Of a stretch of DNA of 64,000 bases, positions 1-12,720 are shown in pieces (position 1 is the stretch's first letter; each line of letters opens with the position of its first letter). This stretch comes from Eledone cirrhosa (Eukaryota): positions 168,206,001 through 168,270,000 of the forward strand of contig OZ024743.1 in the NCBI GenBank assembly GCA_964016885.1, given 5' to 3'. The notes beneath the pieces were generated by a model that worked only from the letters and a program-made list of their open reading frames with translations, made no database searches and had not been told where the DNA came from. The translations under genes and the position numbers were made by a program.

Positions 1-215
1 AGCTGTGGATGCTGTAGCTCTTGCATTTTGCCGCTGTTTCCACAATGTGGGAAGAAGCAAAAGAGTCACTAACTGTGACGTCCCAGGTAAGGCACCTGTC
101 TCTTGACCAGGAGCACAGAGTAAGACCGTCAAGTATTTTCCCATCAATTCAGGACAACCCATACGGTTCAAAAATTGAGGGGATGTTTGCCCGGGCCAAA
201 GCTCTTAAGTGGTAA
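1..215 (-). mobile_element. CRE-clade-like non-LTR retrotransposon fragment (restriction-like endonuclease region)
   Basis: The minus strand reads ARANIPSIFEPYGLS*IDGKILDGLTLCSWSRDRCLTWDVTVSDSFASSHI. This matches the EP.GL.R.DGKRPDG.T..PW..G..L.WDVT motif of CRE-type RLE domains and contains a stop. Confidence 0.65.
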
Positions 216-301
216 TATGACAGTGTGTGTATGTGCGCGGCATGAGTTTGTCGGCGTTTTTAAATTAGAGACATGTGTGTATGTCACTGTTTTTAAGTTA
301 G

Positions 302-398
<97 letters not shown>

Positions 399-469
399 AT
401 ATATATGTATCCCTTTCCTTCCTTTTACACACACATTCATTCACACCAAACACACATACACAAATTTAT

Positions 470-1086
470 ATACATGTGAATGGAGTTCTACTGAGTAGTT
501 AGAGAAGTTTAGTATCTTGGAGCAGTGTTCATGAGTGATGAATGCAGGAGGCTGAATTAGGTGCAAGAATTGCAAAAGTTGATGCAGTAATGCGCCAGCC
601 TCAGCAATCAGTAGTGCAAAAGCCAAACTAGCTGTCTTTCTGGTATTCCTGTCAACTCTTACCGAGGATCATGAATCTTGAGTAATGACCAAAAGATACA
701 AATGCAAATAAAAGCGCCAGAAATGGATTCCTTCGAAGGGTCTTTGGAGTAACGTTACTCGATAAAGTGCATAGCTCAGAGACCAGAGAGTCACTCCTGG
801 TAGAGCGCTACTTCTCCGAATTGAGAGATCACAATGCCGTTATTATGAGCATGTGGTTAGAATGTCCAGTAAAGGTTCGCTGGACACATTTTACAGGCAA
901 AACCAACCGACAAGAGACCCAGAGGTAGACATTGAGCAAGATGACATCATGAGCTTGGCTGGTCACGCTTTGGGATCCAGCTGGATCAGTTAGAGATGTT
1001 TGCTACTGACAGACTCGCTGGAAGGAGTGTTTGAGAAGGACTCTGCCCCCACGGCCCTCTTAGAAATAAGTGGGTGAAGAAGAAGA
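470..1086 (+). mobile_element. RTE-clade (Expander/Rex3-like) LINE 3' fragment, degenerate
   Basis: Frameshifted pieces read VEKF.YLGAVF, LRIERSQCRYYEHVVRM, KRPRGR, LGWSRFGI, LPPRP, typical of RTE C-termini; ends in (GAA)n. Confidence 0.75.
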
Positions 1087-1319
1087 TATTGTCAAATTAC
1101 ATATATCTATATATGCATATATAATTTGCGTATAATACCAATAAGCACACTACATATGCTAGCAGAAAAACAGTCCGGTTTTTCTACTAGTTAAATTAAT
1201 GATGTCATATCTGAGAAACGTGCCATACCACCTGAAATATATACAAGGAGATTAATTTGTGTTTGCACTTTTTACAAATTATCCCCTGAAATTTTTGATG
1301 CGTTTATTTTATATATACA

Positions 1320-2327
1320 CTAGCAGAATGGCCCGGCGTTGCTCGGGATTTGCTCTAGGGTTTTTATATATTTGATATATATTTATCGTTCTCGTGAAGT
1401 AAATACGTTTGTTTATATTTTGTTATTGTGTATGCAAAAATATCTGTACACGAATATATAAATAACAGTACAGAGAAGTACGGAATACCTCGGCTTCGGG
1501 TTGGTGTCTACAATTTGTGCTTATTAAAAAAGTTCGTCGTACATTACCAGGGTTTTTTTCCGTTCGAAGAAAATCAATCATTTATCGCGAAATAAATACT
1601 TTTGTTTATATGTGTATGCAAACATATCTGTACACGAATATATAATTATATATATATTAAAATAACAGATTAAAGTTAAGCAAAGAACCGCTGCTTTCAC
1701 CCTTAACGGATCTTCTGAACCTAAAATAATAAATCTGTGAACGCAGAAGTAAAATATTTCGAAAAAGTTACACAATATATATATATATACAGACACTACA
1801 CACACACACACACCGCGTCATAATGACGTAATGGCAGACAGCCAGGCATACATACAGATATTATAAGGGGCGCAATAAGGGCGGTGGATTGGCAGTATCG
1901 GTAGAGAGTCGGACGCCATGCTTTGACGCATAGAGTACGACCCTTTCCATTCTGAGTTCAAATCCGGCCGAGGTCAACTTTGCCTTTCATCATTACGGGT
2001 CGATAAAATAAAGTACCAGTCATGTACTGGGTAATTGCTGGTCTTGTGCAAAGGTAGAAACAATTATAAGGGCGCAACGCAATATCTATATATCTATCTA
2101 AAAAGAGAAAGACTAAGAGAGAGAGAAAGAGATCGTTAAATCGCCTAATGCGGTCGCTAGGGCATTGAAAATTTGAAATTTGTTTTGCTCAGAACACTCA
2201 ATAGGACCATAAGTATTACATGTTGGGTGATTCGGTTGGGTGGTTTCTCGAGTTTTAGTGATTGTACAGACAGACAGACAAACAGACATTCTCTGTTTTA
2301 GTAATATATATATATATATAAGAGAGA
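1320..2327 (-). mobile_element. Non-autonomous Helitron-like element
   Basis: The minus strand starts A|TC (2327) followed by TATATA and (CTGT)n. It ends in the GC hairpin CCCGAGCAACGCCGGG, then CCATTCTG-CTAG|T (1320). Internal ~40-bp duplication at 1427 and 1611. Confidence 0.7.
1880..2066 (+). mobile_element. tRNA-type SINE (family S1) nested in the Helitron
   Basis: GGCGGTGGATTGGCAGTATCGG head, GAGTTCAAATCC B-box-like motif, GTCGATAAAATAAAGTACCAGT body, TAGAAACAATTAT tail; ATAAGGGCG on both flanks. Confidence 0.85.
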
Positions 2328-2866
2328 TACAACGCACAAACGTTATGTATAATATAAATGATTTATATATGGGAGTGTGTGTGTATATAATACTTTGTAT
2401 TTACTTAATATATTTTGTGTTATTTATCATTAATTGAACAAATCTAAATGACATGTCATCAACATGTCATTAACACTATACATATTTTGTTTCTATTCTA
2501 AAGTCTTTTTCAAGGTCAATATTTTAGCAATTACTGCAATCGGCAGTTTAGCTCGCCGATGAAATACATCCTCTCGCAACAATTATCTATATCAGCATGA
2601 AAAGAAATAGTTTCATCATTACCTTTTTAACAAAGCCAACAACAACAACGCAACAAGTTTAAAACAATAACGATTAAATGTAATAATAGGCACACCAAAA
2701 AAAAAAAATCAATAGCCGAATTGATTCCGAATGTATTTTAAATCCTTTGCTTCGTTTGTTCATATTTTATTGATGAGAAACATTCTAATGCAACGAGATT
2801 TCCTACTATTAATGATCTCGTTAATCAATTCATGTTCATAAAATGTTGGCAAAGTACATGTCCCGA

Positions 2867-2981
<115 letters not shown>

Positions 2982-3324
2982 TATACAATAATCAAAGCTA
3001 TGTTCAAATCATTTTATTGCTGACAATCGTTTCTTCCAAACTATCGTTTTACTACCTTAATGCCTCTTTAATTGTTATACTATCACCTTATAATCTCTGT
3101 CGCTTTCATTCGACTCTGTGCCTTTTTAATTTTTAATTTTTAATTTTTAATTTTTAATTTTTAATTTTTAATTTTTGATTTTTAATTATTGTACAATTCT
3201 CTTGTAATCTAGTTCGCATCCATTCCACTCTGTAAATACGAAGCTGTTGTTGACAACATTAATATCCACATATCTATATGATTGTTCAATTGAATAGGAG
3301 GTTAATTATATGTACAAACATTGC

Positions 3325-3377
3325 TACTGCTCCGATGATTCCAAACGATAGTTTGGAAGAAACGATTGTAAGCAATA
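3325..3377 (+). ncRNA. Minimal type I hammerhead ribozyme motif (CCGAUGA core variant), 5' pLTR
   Basis: TGCT-CCGATGA-TTCCAAAC(gata)GTTTGGAA-GAAA-CGATTG-TA-AGCA; perfect 8-bp stem II. Confidence 0.8.
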
Positions 3378-5978
3378 AAATGATCTGAACATAGCTTTGA
3401 TTATTGTGTAATTTATATTCCGGCTCTGTAAAACATCTCATGTATTTACATTGAGCTATTTTTCTTACTGGTAATAAGGTAGTAATAAATTACTGACCTT
3501 TCCTGTTTATAGTTATATATATAGTGTATACCTAACTATAAATAATATTATTATTATCTGCTCCATACTCTTTAGCTAACATCCATTATATTACCAGTAT
3601 GCTAATCAAAGATTATCTTCCTATGTCTTCTAAGAACATACCTACACCATTCAGAGATACATACGAAAAATTATTGATTAATAGTGTCAACTCCTTTATC
3701 AATAGAGTGAGATAGAGGACATTCCATTGCGATAGAAACAAATCAGACAAAAACAGAGAAGTAAACAATTGACTCTTATGGCTTTAAAACTTTTAAAAGC
3801 CCTCCGCACAACACCTTATTAAACTCTTTTGAAAATGATCTGATAAAACTAGTTAAGAACATAAGGTATAGAAAACATCATAATAGGAACAAGACCTTCT
3901 TAAACAACCTTAACTCTACTATTAAAGGATTTAATTAAAAAAAAAAAATTTATTATATGCTGATAAAATTAATAATATATATAGCCTAGATTACGACATA
4001 TAGAAAATTTATATATAAAGAACTACATAGGAACTATAAGAAAACCACTATTAAAAACCTAGAGGATATAAATATAGAAGGCCATAGTATAGTGTGTAAA
4101 TTAAGACTTCAGAGACATACACAGCCATACACCCCTAATACCCCAAGATTCTCTCTGAAGGACCATAAAGAAGACTTTAATAGTAACCCTTCTATAAGAC
4201 TAATTTGGCCTTCCAAATCTGACATTGGACTTATCAGCAAGAAAATATTGGATAGAATCATCCCACAATGTAAGCATAAAATATATCTTAACCCGCGGGG
4301 AAATATTGGTGATGTTATTGAATGGTTCAATGATATTAAAGAGAATAAACAAAAAAAAAATTATACAATTTGATATTAATTCATACTACACCTCTATTTC
4401 CCATATCCTATTAAATAAGGCATTAATTATGGCTATGAACAATAGTGACCTTACTAGATCCCAAATTGATGTCATCCTTGCGGCCCGAAAAACTATAATT
4501 ACTTTTGAAGATCAATTATGGACCCGCAAGGATACACATAACAACTTTAACATAACTATGGGATCTAGTGACTCGGCGCAGGTCACCGATTTGGTCGGCC
4601 TATATCTCTTAAATAAAATTCATAAGAACCTACCCTACCTCGATGGTGGTTTATATCGCGATGATGCACTACTTCTTATTGACTATAAACATTTAATATA
4701 GAAAGAACGAGAAACAATTACATAAAATTTTCAAAAACTTCAACTTAGGCATCACCTTAGATATAAACACTAAAGACGTTAACTTCCTTGGATTCTAAAA
4801 TATATACACCCTTTCATAAACCAAACGAAAAACTACTTTACGTAGATATCAACTCTAACCACCCTAAATCTATATTAAACTTAATTACTAAAGGAATATC
4901 AAATAGAATCTCTAATCTATCATATAACGAAACCATATTTAACAATATTCCCAATACTATAAGGAGGACTTAGCTAAATCATGACATAAAAATGAAATTA
5001 AATTCTACCTATAAAATCACCTAGTTACAACATTATTTCTCACAATATGGCCATGAGGAAAAATAATAAAAGTACTAGTCACTATAACTTTAATACAAAG
5101 GGTAATATCAAACTTAACTCGCACCAGAATAAATACCACAATAATAATATAAATAGAAATATAAACAATACTTCAAATAAAATTACAAAAACCAAAAATA
5201 GAAGAACAAATACATTCTTCATCCCCCTTTCAATCTAAACGTCTCTACCAACTTACCGAATGCTTTCTTCTCAATCCTAGAAAAAGACTTCCCAGTCGGA
5301 CACAAATACCATAATCTTATCAAGAAAAATACCATTAAATTCTCTTACTCTACCACACCTAACATCGCATACCATATAGTTAGTAGTAATAAAAGGAAGA
5401 TTAATAATTATTTCCAACTAATTAAATCACAACAGGGAGTAAACTTATAGGGCAACATCGTACCAGAGATTTCTAGTATCAATAATAATAATTGTTTCTA
5501 CTTTAGGCACAAGGATAAATTATGTAACCTCTGTCTTCTAGAGACCCGAACAATAATCTATTCTAGGCTAGACCTCCTAAATAGAAAATCAGAGGTTTTT
5601 TCGATGTGCCAGCACTACCACCGACACTCTTTTCATAGCTTTAAACCTAGCTGCTAATATAGAACAATGTCAGATCTGAATTCCTCACCACCATTAACAC
5701 CTCACCTCTAGGTATTATCGGCATATAAGAACCCCCACTGCATCAAACTCTTTGATCAGCTCATCACTCTACTTAACTCCTTTTTATCTCAAACCTTATA
5801 CTCTACAATAACTATTTGGAATAAACATAAAGCCAACACCATTTAATATAACCAGTATAGCTTACTTATATTATATTCAGTAATGGATAGATAATAATAT
5901 GATGAGACACTTAATGTAGTATAGGAAAATAAATTATATTTATAATTAAATATATAAATTGATAGCATTATATATAAT

Positions 5979-6167
5979 GGCGGTGGATTGGCAGTATCGG
6001 TGGAGGGTCGGACGCCATGCTTTGCAGCACAGGTACGTCCCTTTACGGACTGAGTTCAAATCCCACCGAGGTTAACTTTGCCTTTCATCCTTACGGAGTC
6101 GATAAAATAAAGTACCAGTAATACACTGTGATAATTGCTGGCCTTGTGCCAAAAGTAGAAACAATTA
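5979..6167 (+). mobile_element. SINE S1 copy
   Basis: Same sequence as 1880-2066; near-perfect TSD ATTATATATA(A)TGG. Confidence 0.85.
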
Positions 6168-7227
6168 TATATATGGGATTCACTTATAACATAATATAAT
6201 GTATATTAATAGCGTAAGAGTTTTAACTAATTAGACCTGTAAACAACTATACATTTTTCCTGTAACTTTCTTATACTTTATTAAGTAATGAATAGATAAC
6301 AATATAATTGTTTCTACTTTTTGGCACAAAACAATATAATGAGACCTTTAATGTATTATAGGAAAATAGATTCTATTCAAAATTAAATATAAACAAAGAG
6401 CATTATATAAAAGGGATTCACTTATAATATAATGTATATCAACACAAATATTTTAACTGATTGGAGCTGTAAACAACTTTACATATTTTAAATTTCTTCT
6501 ATCATATACAATGTAATTCGCTAGTTACCTACCCTTTCGTATTAGCTTCCCTTAATATAGATCAAACTCACTTCCGGAAATTAAACCGTTGGAATAATCG
6601 CTCCACAGCAACTTGAAACCCTGATTGCAATACAATAGGACCGGTGTACAATCCATGGCAGTGACTGATTAAAAACATTCACTAAAATAAAACATAGCCA
6701 ATGTAATGGAAAAGATAGCAATAACATTGATGCTCTCAACACATTCACATTTGAACATTACAGAAATAACAGTCACACTACATCCACCATAAAGCCATAG
6801 TTTCAATACAAAAACAGCTTTGCCTGATATGCTTATTTTATGTGATAACTTTGGCTTGCAAAATATTATACATGCCTAATAACATTGCTTGTTTCCTTCC
6901 TGTATATGACTAATGCATTTGCACTCTCTTTACGCTTGCAAATGTACTGCTAAAGTCCTTGTTTTACGAGTAACTTTCTACCTTAATGCCTCTTTAATTG
7001 TTATACTATTACCTTATAATCTCTGTCGCTTGCATTCCACTCTGCCTTTTTAATTTTTAATTTTTAATTTTTAATTTTTAATTTTTAATTATTGTAAAAT
7101 TCTCTTGTAATCTAGGTCGCATCAATTCCACTCTGTAAATACGAAACTGTTGTTCACAACATTAATATCCATGTATCTATATGATTGTTCAGTTGAATAC
7201 GAGGTTAATTATATGTACAAACATTGC

Positions 7228-7280
7228 TACTGCTCCGATGATTCCAAACGATGGTTTGGAAGAAACGATTGTCAGCAATA
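7228..7280 (+). ncRNA. Minimal type I hammerhead motif (CCGAUGA variant), 3' pLTR
   Basis: TGCT-CCGATGA-TTCCAAAC(gatg)GTTTGGAA-GAAA-CGATTG-TC-AGCA; GUC cleavage triplet. Confidence 0.8.
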
Positions 7281-7451
7281 AAATGATTTAAACATAGCTT
7301 TGATTATTGTGTAATTTATATTCCGGCTCTGTAAAACATCTCATGTATTTACATTGAGCTATTTTTCTTACTGGTAATAAGGTAGTAATAAATTACTGAA
7401 CTTTCCTGTTTATAGTTATATATAGTGTATACATAACTATAAATAATAATA

Positions 7452-7632
7452 TGGATTGGCAGCATCGGTAGAGGGTCGGACGCCATGCTTTCCAGCATAG
7501 TTACGTCCCCTTACGATCTGAGTTCAAAGCCCGCCGAGGTTGACTTTGCCTTTCATCCTTACGGGGTCGATAAAATAAAGTACCAGTAATGTTCTGGGTA
7601 ATTGCTGGCCTTGTGCCTAAAGTAGAGACAAT

Positions 7633-7636
<4 letters not shown>
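7452..7636 (+). mobile_element. SINE S1 copy
   Basis: High similarity to the other S1 copies in the window. Confidence 0.85.
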
Positions 7637-7696
<60 letters not shown>

Positions 7697-8141
7697 CGTT
7701 TCGTTTACATGTATTTATGTTCTATTGAGTATTGACATGTTACGTGCGTTTCACAGACGATTGGCTCAATGTTACATATGGAAACTATGGTCCTGATTCA
7801 TCAGAGTAGTGTTTCAACAAATAATAAAGTATGATGAGCACATCAATGCTGGAGCCGGATCGATAGCTTCCATAGTTGACCTTGGGCCAATCATCTGCTA
7901 AATGCACTTAATACGCGGATACTCAATAAAAACATAAATACATGTAAACCAAACTTCATCGTTTTCTTTTTTATTATATACACTTAGCTTGTGCATCGAG
8001 TGCTCATATCGATACCACGACCAGTAATTCACTGAATCAGCTAATATATATATATGTATATGTGTGTGTATATATATATATATACATATATATATACAGG
8101 AGTATATTAATTCATTTTTAATATATAGTAACTTTCTACAT

Positions 8142-8348
8142 ACTGGTTTCGTATTTAGGCACAAACCCAGCAATTTTTGGGCTGAAGAAAATCGATTAAA
8201 TCGACGCATTATTTGACTGGTAACTTATTCTAATGAACCTGGAAAAATGATATGGCGGAGTTGATCGCATCTGGATTTGAACTCGGAACGTAAAGTGGTG
8301 TAACTAAAAGAATTTTTCCATCACCCTACCGATTCTGTCAATCCACCT
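8142..8348 (-). mobile_element. Older, diverged SINE related to S1
   Basis: GGATTTGAACTC, CCTACCGATTCTGTCAATCCACC and GTTTC..TTTAGGCACAA segments align to the reverse complement of S1. Confidence 0.65.
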
Positions 8349-8495
8349 TTAGATATAGTAAACATACATTTAATAGAGCTGGGGCTATTTTAAACCTACA
8401 TACATGCATTTCAATAATCGCAAAGTTCGTCAACACTCGCATACATATATACGTATATAATGTGTCAATGAATTAATGCCTTCATTAAACGTAGA

Positions 8496-8538
<43 letters not shown>

Positions 8539-8539
8539 G

Positions 8540-8578
<39 letters not shown>

Positions 8579-8599
8579 TTACTACTACTGCCAATACAT

Positions 8600-9232
8600 A
8601 TAGACAGAGGGATCAAGGCCAACCGAACAGATATTATAGTCAAAGACTACAAAGAAAAAAATGCTTTCTAATAGATGTATCTATCCCCACAGACAATAAT
8701 ATATCTTCCAAGGAAATAGAGAAACTCTACAAATATAAAGATCTAAGGATAGAAATAACTCGAATGTAGAAAATGAAAACAGAAACAATACCTATAATAA
8801 TAGGTGCTGTGGGAATGATAAAAAAATACACACAGACAAATACATAACCAAAACTCCATAGCTTACAATTATATACAGCATACAAAAGGAAACACTACTA
8901 GGCAGTGCACACATATTACGTAATATCAGTACCATAGAAACAACATCAGCAAAAACCATACTGCTCATACCCAAGACGCACAGAGCTGTGCTCGGTAAAA
9001 CAGTAATAATTGTTTCTACTTCAGGCACAAGGCCAGCAATTACCCAGTGCATTACTGGTACTTTATTTTATCGACCCCGTAAGGATGAAAGGCAAAGTCA
9101 ACCGCGGCGGGATTTGAACTCAGATCGTAAAGGGACGTAACTATGCTGGAAAGCATGGCGTCCGACCCTCTACCGATACTGCCAATCCACCGGTAAAACA
9201 GTAATAATGTGCAATAAAAATAATAATGGAAA
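8600..9232 (+). mobile_element. R4/Dong-like LINE 3' fragment (RLE domain), interrupted by a SINE
   Basis: IKANRTDIIVKD..KKCFLIDVSIP.D.N...KEIEKL.KYKDLRIEI.RM...ETIPIIIGA; ends in (TAA)n. Confidence 0.8.
9008..9192 (-). mobile_element. SINE S1 copy
   Basis: Reverse-complement S1 flanked by the direct repeat CGGTAAAACAGTAATAAT. Confidence 0.9.
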
Positions 9233-9245
9233 TAATAATAATAAT

Positions 9246-9975
9246 GACTTCTTTATCAGCCACGCAGGGCTCACATTAAGGAAACATAAAAGACACTATA
9301 TGACGATACTGTGTGGGGTTTTATTTGTGTAAAATAAAATTTATAAAAGAGACTAAGGAAATAAACATTTAGAACAAATATAACAAATTCTCCAAAGTTG
9401 AGGAGACTACACGAGTGACCCGTAGATTCTCCTCAACTTTGGGGACAAAAAAAGGCAGTCACCCAGTCCGCTAGGGTAAAGTGTCCTCTCCCAGTTTTTC
9501 TACTCCAATCTACAGGCGTATGCTTAAGGCAGGCCCATTCACACGGACCATGATTGCCACTCTCATCCACCTTTCAACAAACTGGGTGGAAGGCAGCACT
9601 TCCCTCTCCACCCTGAATTTCCTCTTCAAGTGAAATCTAAAAAAGTTAATCAGGGCTTCACCGAAGGAGGAAAAGGACTGTCTTCAACCCTTTCAAATAC
9701 GTCCACCACATGACCGCTTTCGCTATGGTTCCTCGGTAGAACTGCCAGCCCATGATTTCTCGAAGTTGTCCATGGGCCCTGAACCGAAAGTTCTCTGGAA
9801 GAGACTGGGTAGTTGGCTTTCGTCAACGCCCAGAGTCTCCCCAAGGACGTCCCCGCTTTTACTCTCCACTAACCCTTTATAAACGCTGAGGTGAAGTTTC
9901 CACCTATTATACTAACCGCTTTGCCGAGGACTGTCAGCGCTTGAAGACATTCCAGTCTGCAGTTCTGTCGGCCAG
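9246..9975 (-). mobile_element. L1/Tx1-like LINE 3' fragment with internal deletion
   Basis: Homologous to 52938-53922 (ECLQALT, LGETLGVDE, GPMDNFEKS); 3' end ..GATAAAGAAGTC followed by (ATT)n. Confidence 0.8.
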
Positions 9976-10254
9976 TTAACTCTTTAACATTTTGAATTAA
10001 GTTTGCTGCGTGTAAGTGCTATGAAAAGAAAATATCCATTTTGATAGCAAACCATTCCTGAAGCACGAACTCATTCTTTACAAAATGAATAAATTTCTGT
10101 AAACAAAAGCTTAACCAATTCATAGACACATTTCTCATGAAAGGAACTGTATTTCAATTTATCAAATTTCATTTTTAGACATTACTTACGAAAAAGTTCC
10201 ATATCAAATAATGTTGGCAGATTTTAATTCAAATAGGATCTCTTTCGGTCTTAC

Positions 10255-10680
10255 CCCACTGTCATGCCGTTATAGTGCTGACCACTTTTCAAGTCATGCT
10301 TCTCTCAACGAGATCATAATGCAAGGCCTGGACGCCGCAGGTTTCCCTTCCCAGCTCGAGCTTGTGGAGCTGAATCGAGGTGACGGTAAAAGGTCAGACG
10401 GCATGACAATCTTACCGTTCTGCAGTGGTAAGCCTCTCATCTGGGATGGTACAATTTGACACCTGTTGCATTCGATGACTAGCCCAGGCATCGCAGATCA
10501 TGAAGTAGCTGATAAGTTTGTGGTCGAAACTGGGGCAGTGGAGACTTTCGGAGTTTTTTGCCCGGGACCACACCCTACTCACTGCTTTCGAGGCGGAATT
10601 GGCTACCCGCAAGTTGGAGTGACTATTCCAACGTGTCTCTCTCCCCATCCTATAGAGCAGTGTCTTTTCCATTCTATCCG
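10255..10680 (+). mobile_element. CRE-clade-like retrotransposon 3' fragment (RLE)
   Basis: HASLNEII..GLDAAGFPSQLE.V.LNRGDGKRSDGMTILPFCSGKPLIWD.T, then AVETFGVF.PG and LFQRVSL. Confidence 0.75.
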
Positions 10681-10747
10681 TTGGGTCCACAAGGCGGAAT
10701 GACCCTTAAACAACTATCGGCAAATCAACACACACACTCTCTGGCTA

Positions 10748-10844
<97 letters not shown>

Positions 10845-11354
10845 CTCTCTCTCTCTCTCTCTCTGTTTCTTTCTTTCTCTCTCGCTCATTTTCTGCCTCA
10901 CTCGTCTCTCACGCTCTACCTCTCACACTCTCTACCTTTCTCAAACTCTTGGTTTCTCCCTATTTTTCCCCAAGTATGCCATATTTCTGGATGTGTTGTA
11001 AATGCTTCAGTGTGTTGCATTCGATTCTTTTATATTTGTTTAAACATAGAAGTAATTGATGAAAGCAGTGGAAGTGGTGAGAGCAGAAAGGAGGAAATAG
11101 CTGTGAAACATGGTGGAAGTAATTATGTCAATAGTCGTGGTTGTGGTATTGGCGACGGCAGTGTCGATGGTATTAGTAGTGGTGAGTAAGGCCAGTGCTT
11201 TTAGTTTAAGTTGTGTGGTGGGAGATAATAATTGGAGTGTGTGCTTGCTAGTAATGAATATGGGGCTGCAATAGTGGCCTAATGTATGTTTGATTCGTAA
11301 TTCCCGAGGGAGTTGTAGGTGTGCCAGACTGACATACGACGTTTCCAGGACATT

Positions 11355-11625
11355 TTGTAAACCTGGCAGAAGCCATTTCGTCTCCAGGTGTGAATACAAC
11401 ATATTTCTTCCAGTGATTGATAGAGAGAGTGGGAAAATGGAAGTGAGAAAGATATATAGAGGAAGAATCGACCTAGTGCTAGAGTGGTACTTTTTTATCG
11501 ACTTTGAATGGATTAAAGTCAAAATTGACCACGGTGGGATTTCAACTCAGGGAGCAAAGAGTCGAAGTGAATATTGCAAAGCATTCTATCTGATGTTCAC
11601 CACCTATAGAGACTTAATAATAATC
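11355..11625 (-). mobile_element. Diverged long-tailed SINE (family S2)
   Basis: Shares GGATTT.AACTCAG and TGGTACT..TTTATCGAC with S1; second copy at ~48875-49105. Confidence 0.6.
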
Positions 11626-12720
11626 AACAAAAACGAGAGAAGCTTTCCAGTTTCAAGATGACTGAGTACCAATACTACTATATACAGCGGTACCATTAGT
11701 TGTTGGTGTTGTTTAATCCCAGATCAGTTCAGATCGATCAGATCTATGTTTAGAAGCATTCAAGCCATCACCATCACATATTTTTCTTATGCACATTGCA
11801 ACCATTATCTCACTAACGATATACTATGATTGGAAGGAACTCAAATGCTGTTTCTAAAACGTAATGGTCCTTTCAGCATTGGTCCATGATTCATTGTGTG
11901 TTGATTTCCTTTATAGGCATGAAGCAAATTTATTGGGAGAAAACAATTAGTTATATCGATCTCAGTAGTTGTAGGATACTTCATTTTATTCATCCCTAGA
12001 AGATAAAAGTTAAAGCTGACGTTAGCACGACTTGAATTAAGAATGTGAAATGCCATAAATAAATACCGTAGATATGGATAAGTTGCACAAAGCATTCTGT
12101 GGTTTTAAAGTATACATAAAACAGTACTTCACGAGATAACGAAGAAGCCTTTCTGTGGTGACTCTACATACTAGAAATAGCAACGAAAATTTCTTCAAAT
12201 TACATTTATCGTGTTCAGAAGAGGACTGGGCATTAAAACCGACCGGGTATTTGGGTGACGCTAATTAACAGGCTGCAGTCTGCCGAGGACCAGAAGCACT
12301 TTTTTAACCACTCAGCTGAGGCGCATTCTATTTTTGGTTCAATATTTGTTCAACAGCTATGACTTCAGTTCTCTGTGACATTTGTTTTCATTTTTTAAAA
12401 TATCTTTTACCAAACTCAACAACCAGCCGGATATTGCCCCTAAATGCGGCCAGTAAACCTCTGACCGTATAAAAAAAGGACATATTGGATAATTTTGAAT
12501 GTATATGTCCAAGCGCAAATGACCATAATAATAATCGAGTACTATAAGTAATAGGTGAGAAAATTAGGGAATGTACTCCTGGAGTCGGAAAAAGTGGACA
12601 TAAAATCTGTTTATTTTTCTCCGCCTCCCGGTCATTCTACCCGATTTTCCTACATATTGTATTTCCGACATATTGTATTATTTTAGGTGTTTCCATTGGG
12701 ACAGAAACATTTCATTCCAA

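Noticed and set aside
1880-2066. tRNA gene
   Set aside because: Only A/B-box-like motifs within a multi-copy SINE with TSDs; no full cloverleaf seen.
7735-7890. Hammerhead-like pieces (minus-strand CTGATGA..GAAACGCACGTA); similar weak cases at ~29095-29130 and ~52190-52380
   Set aside because: Stem I or the core does not close convincingly; possibly decayed or rearranged, so not counted.
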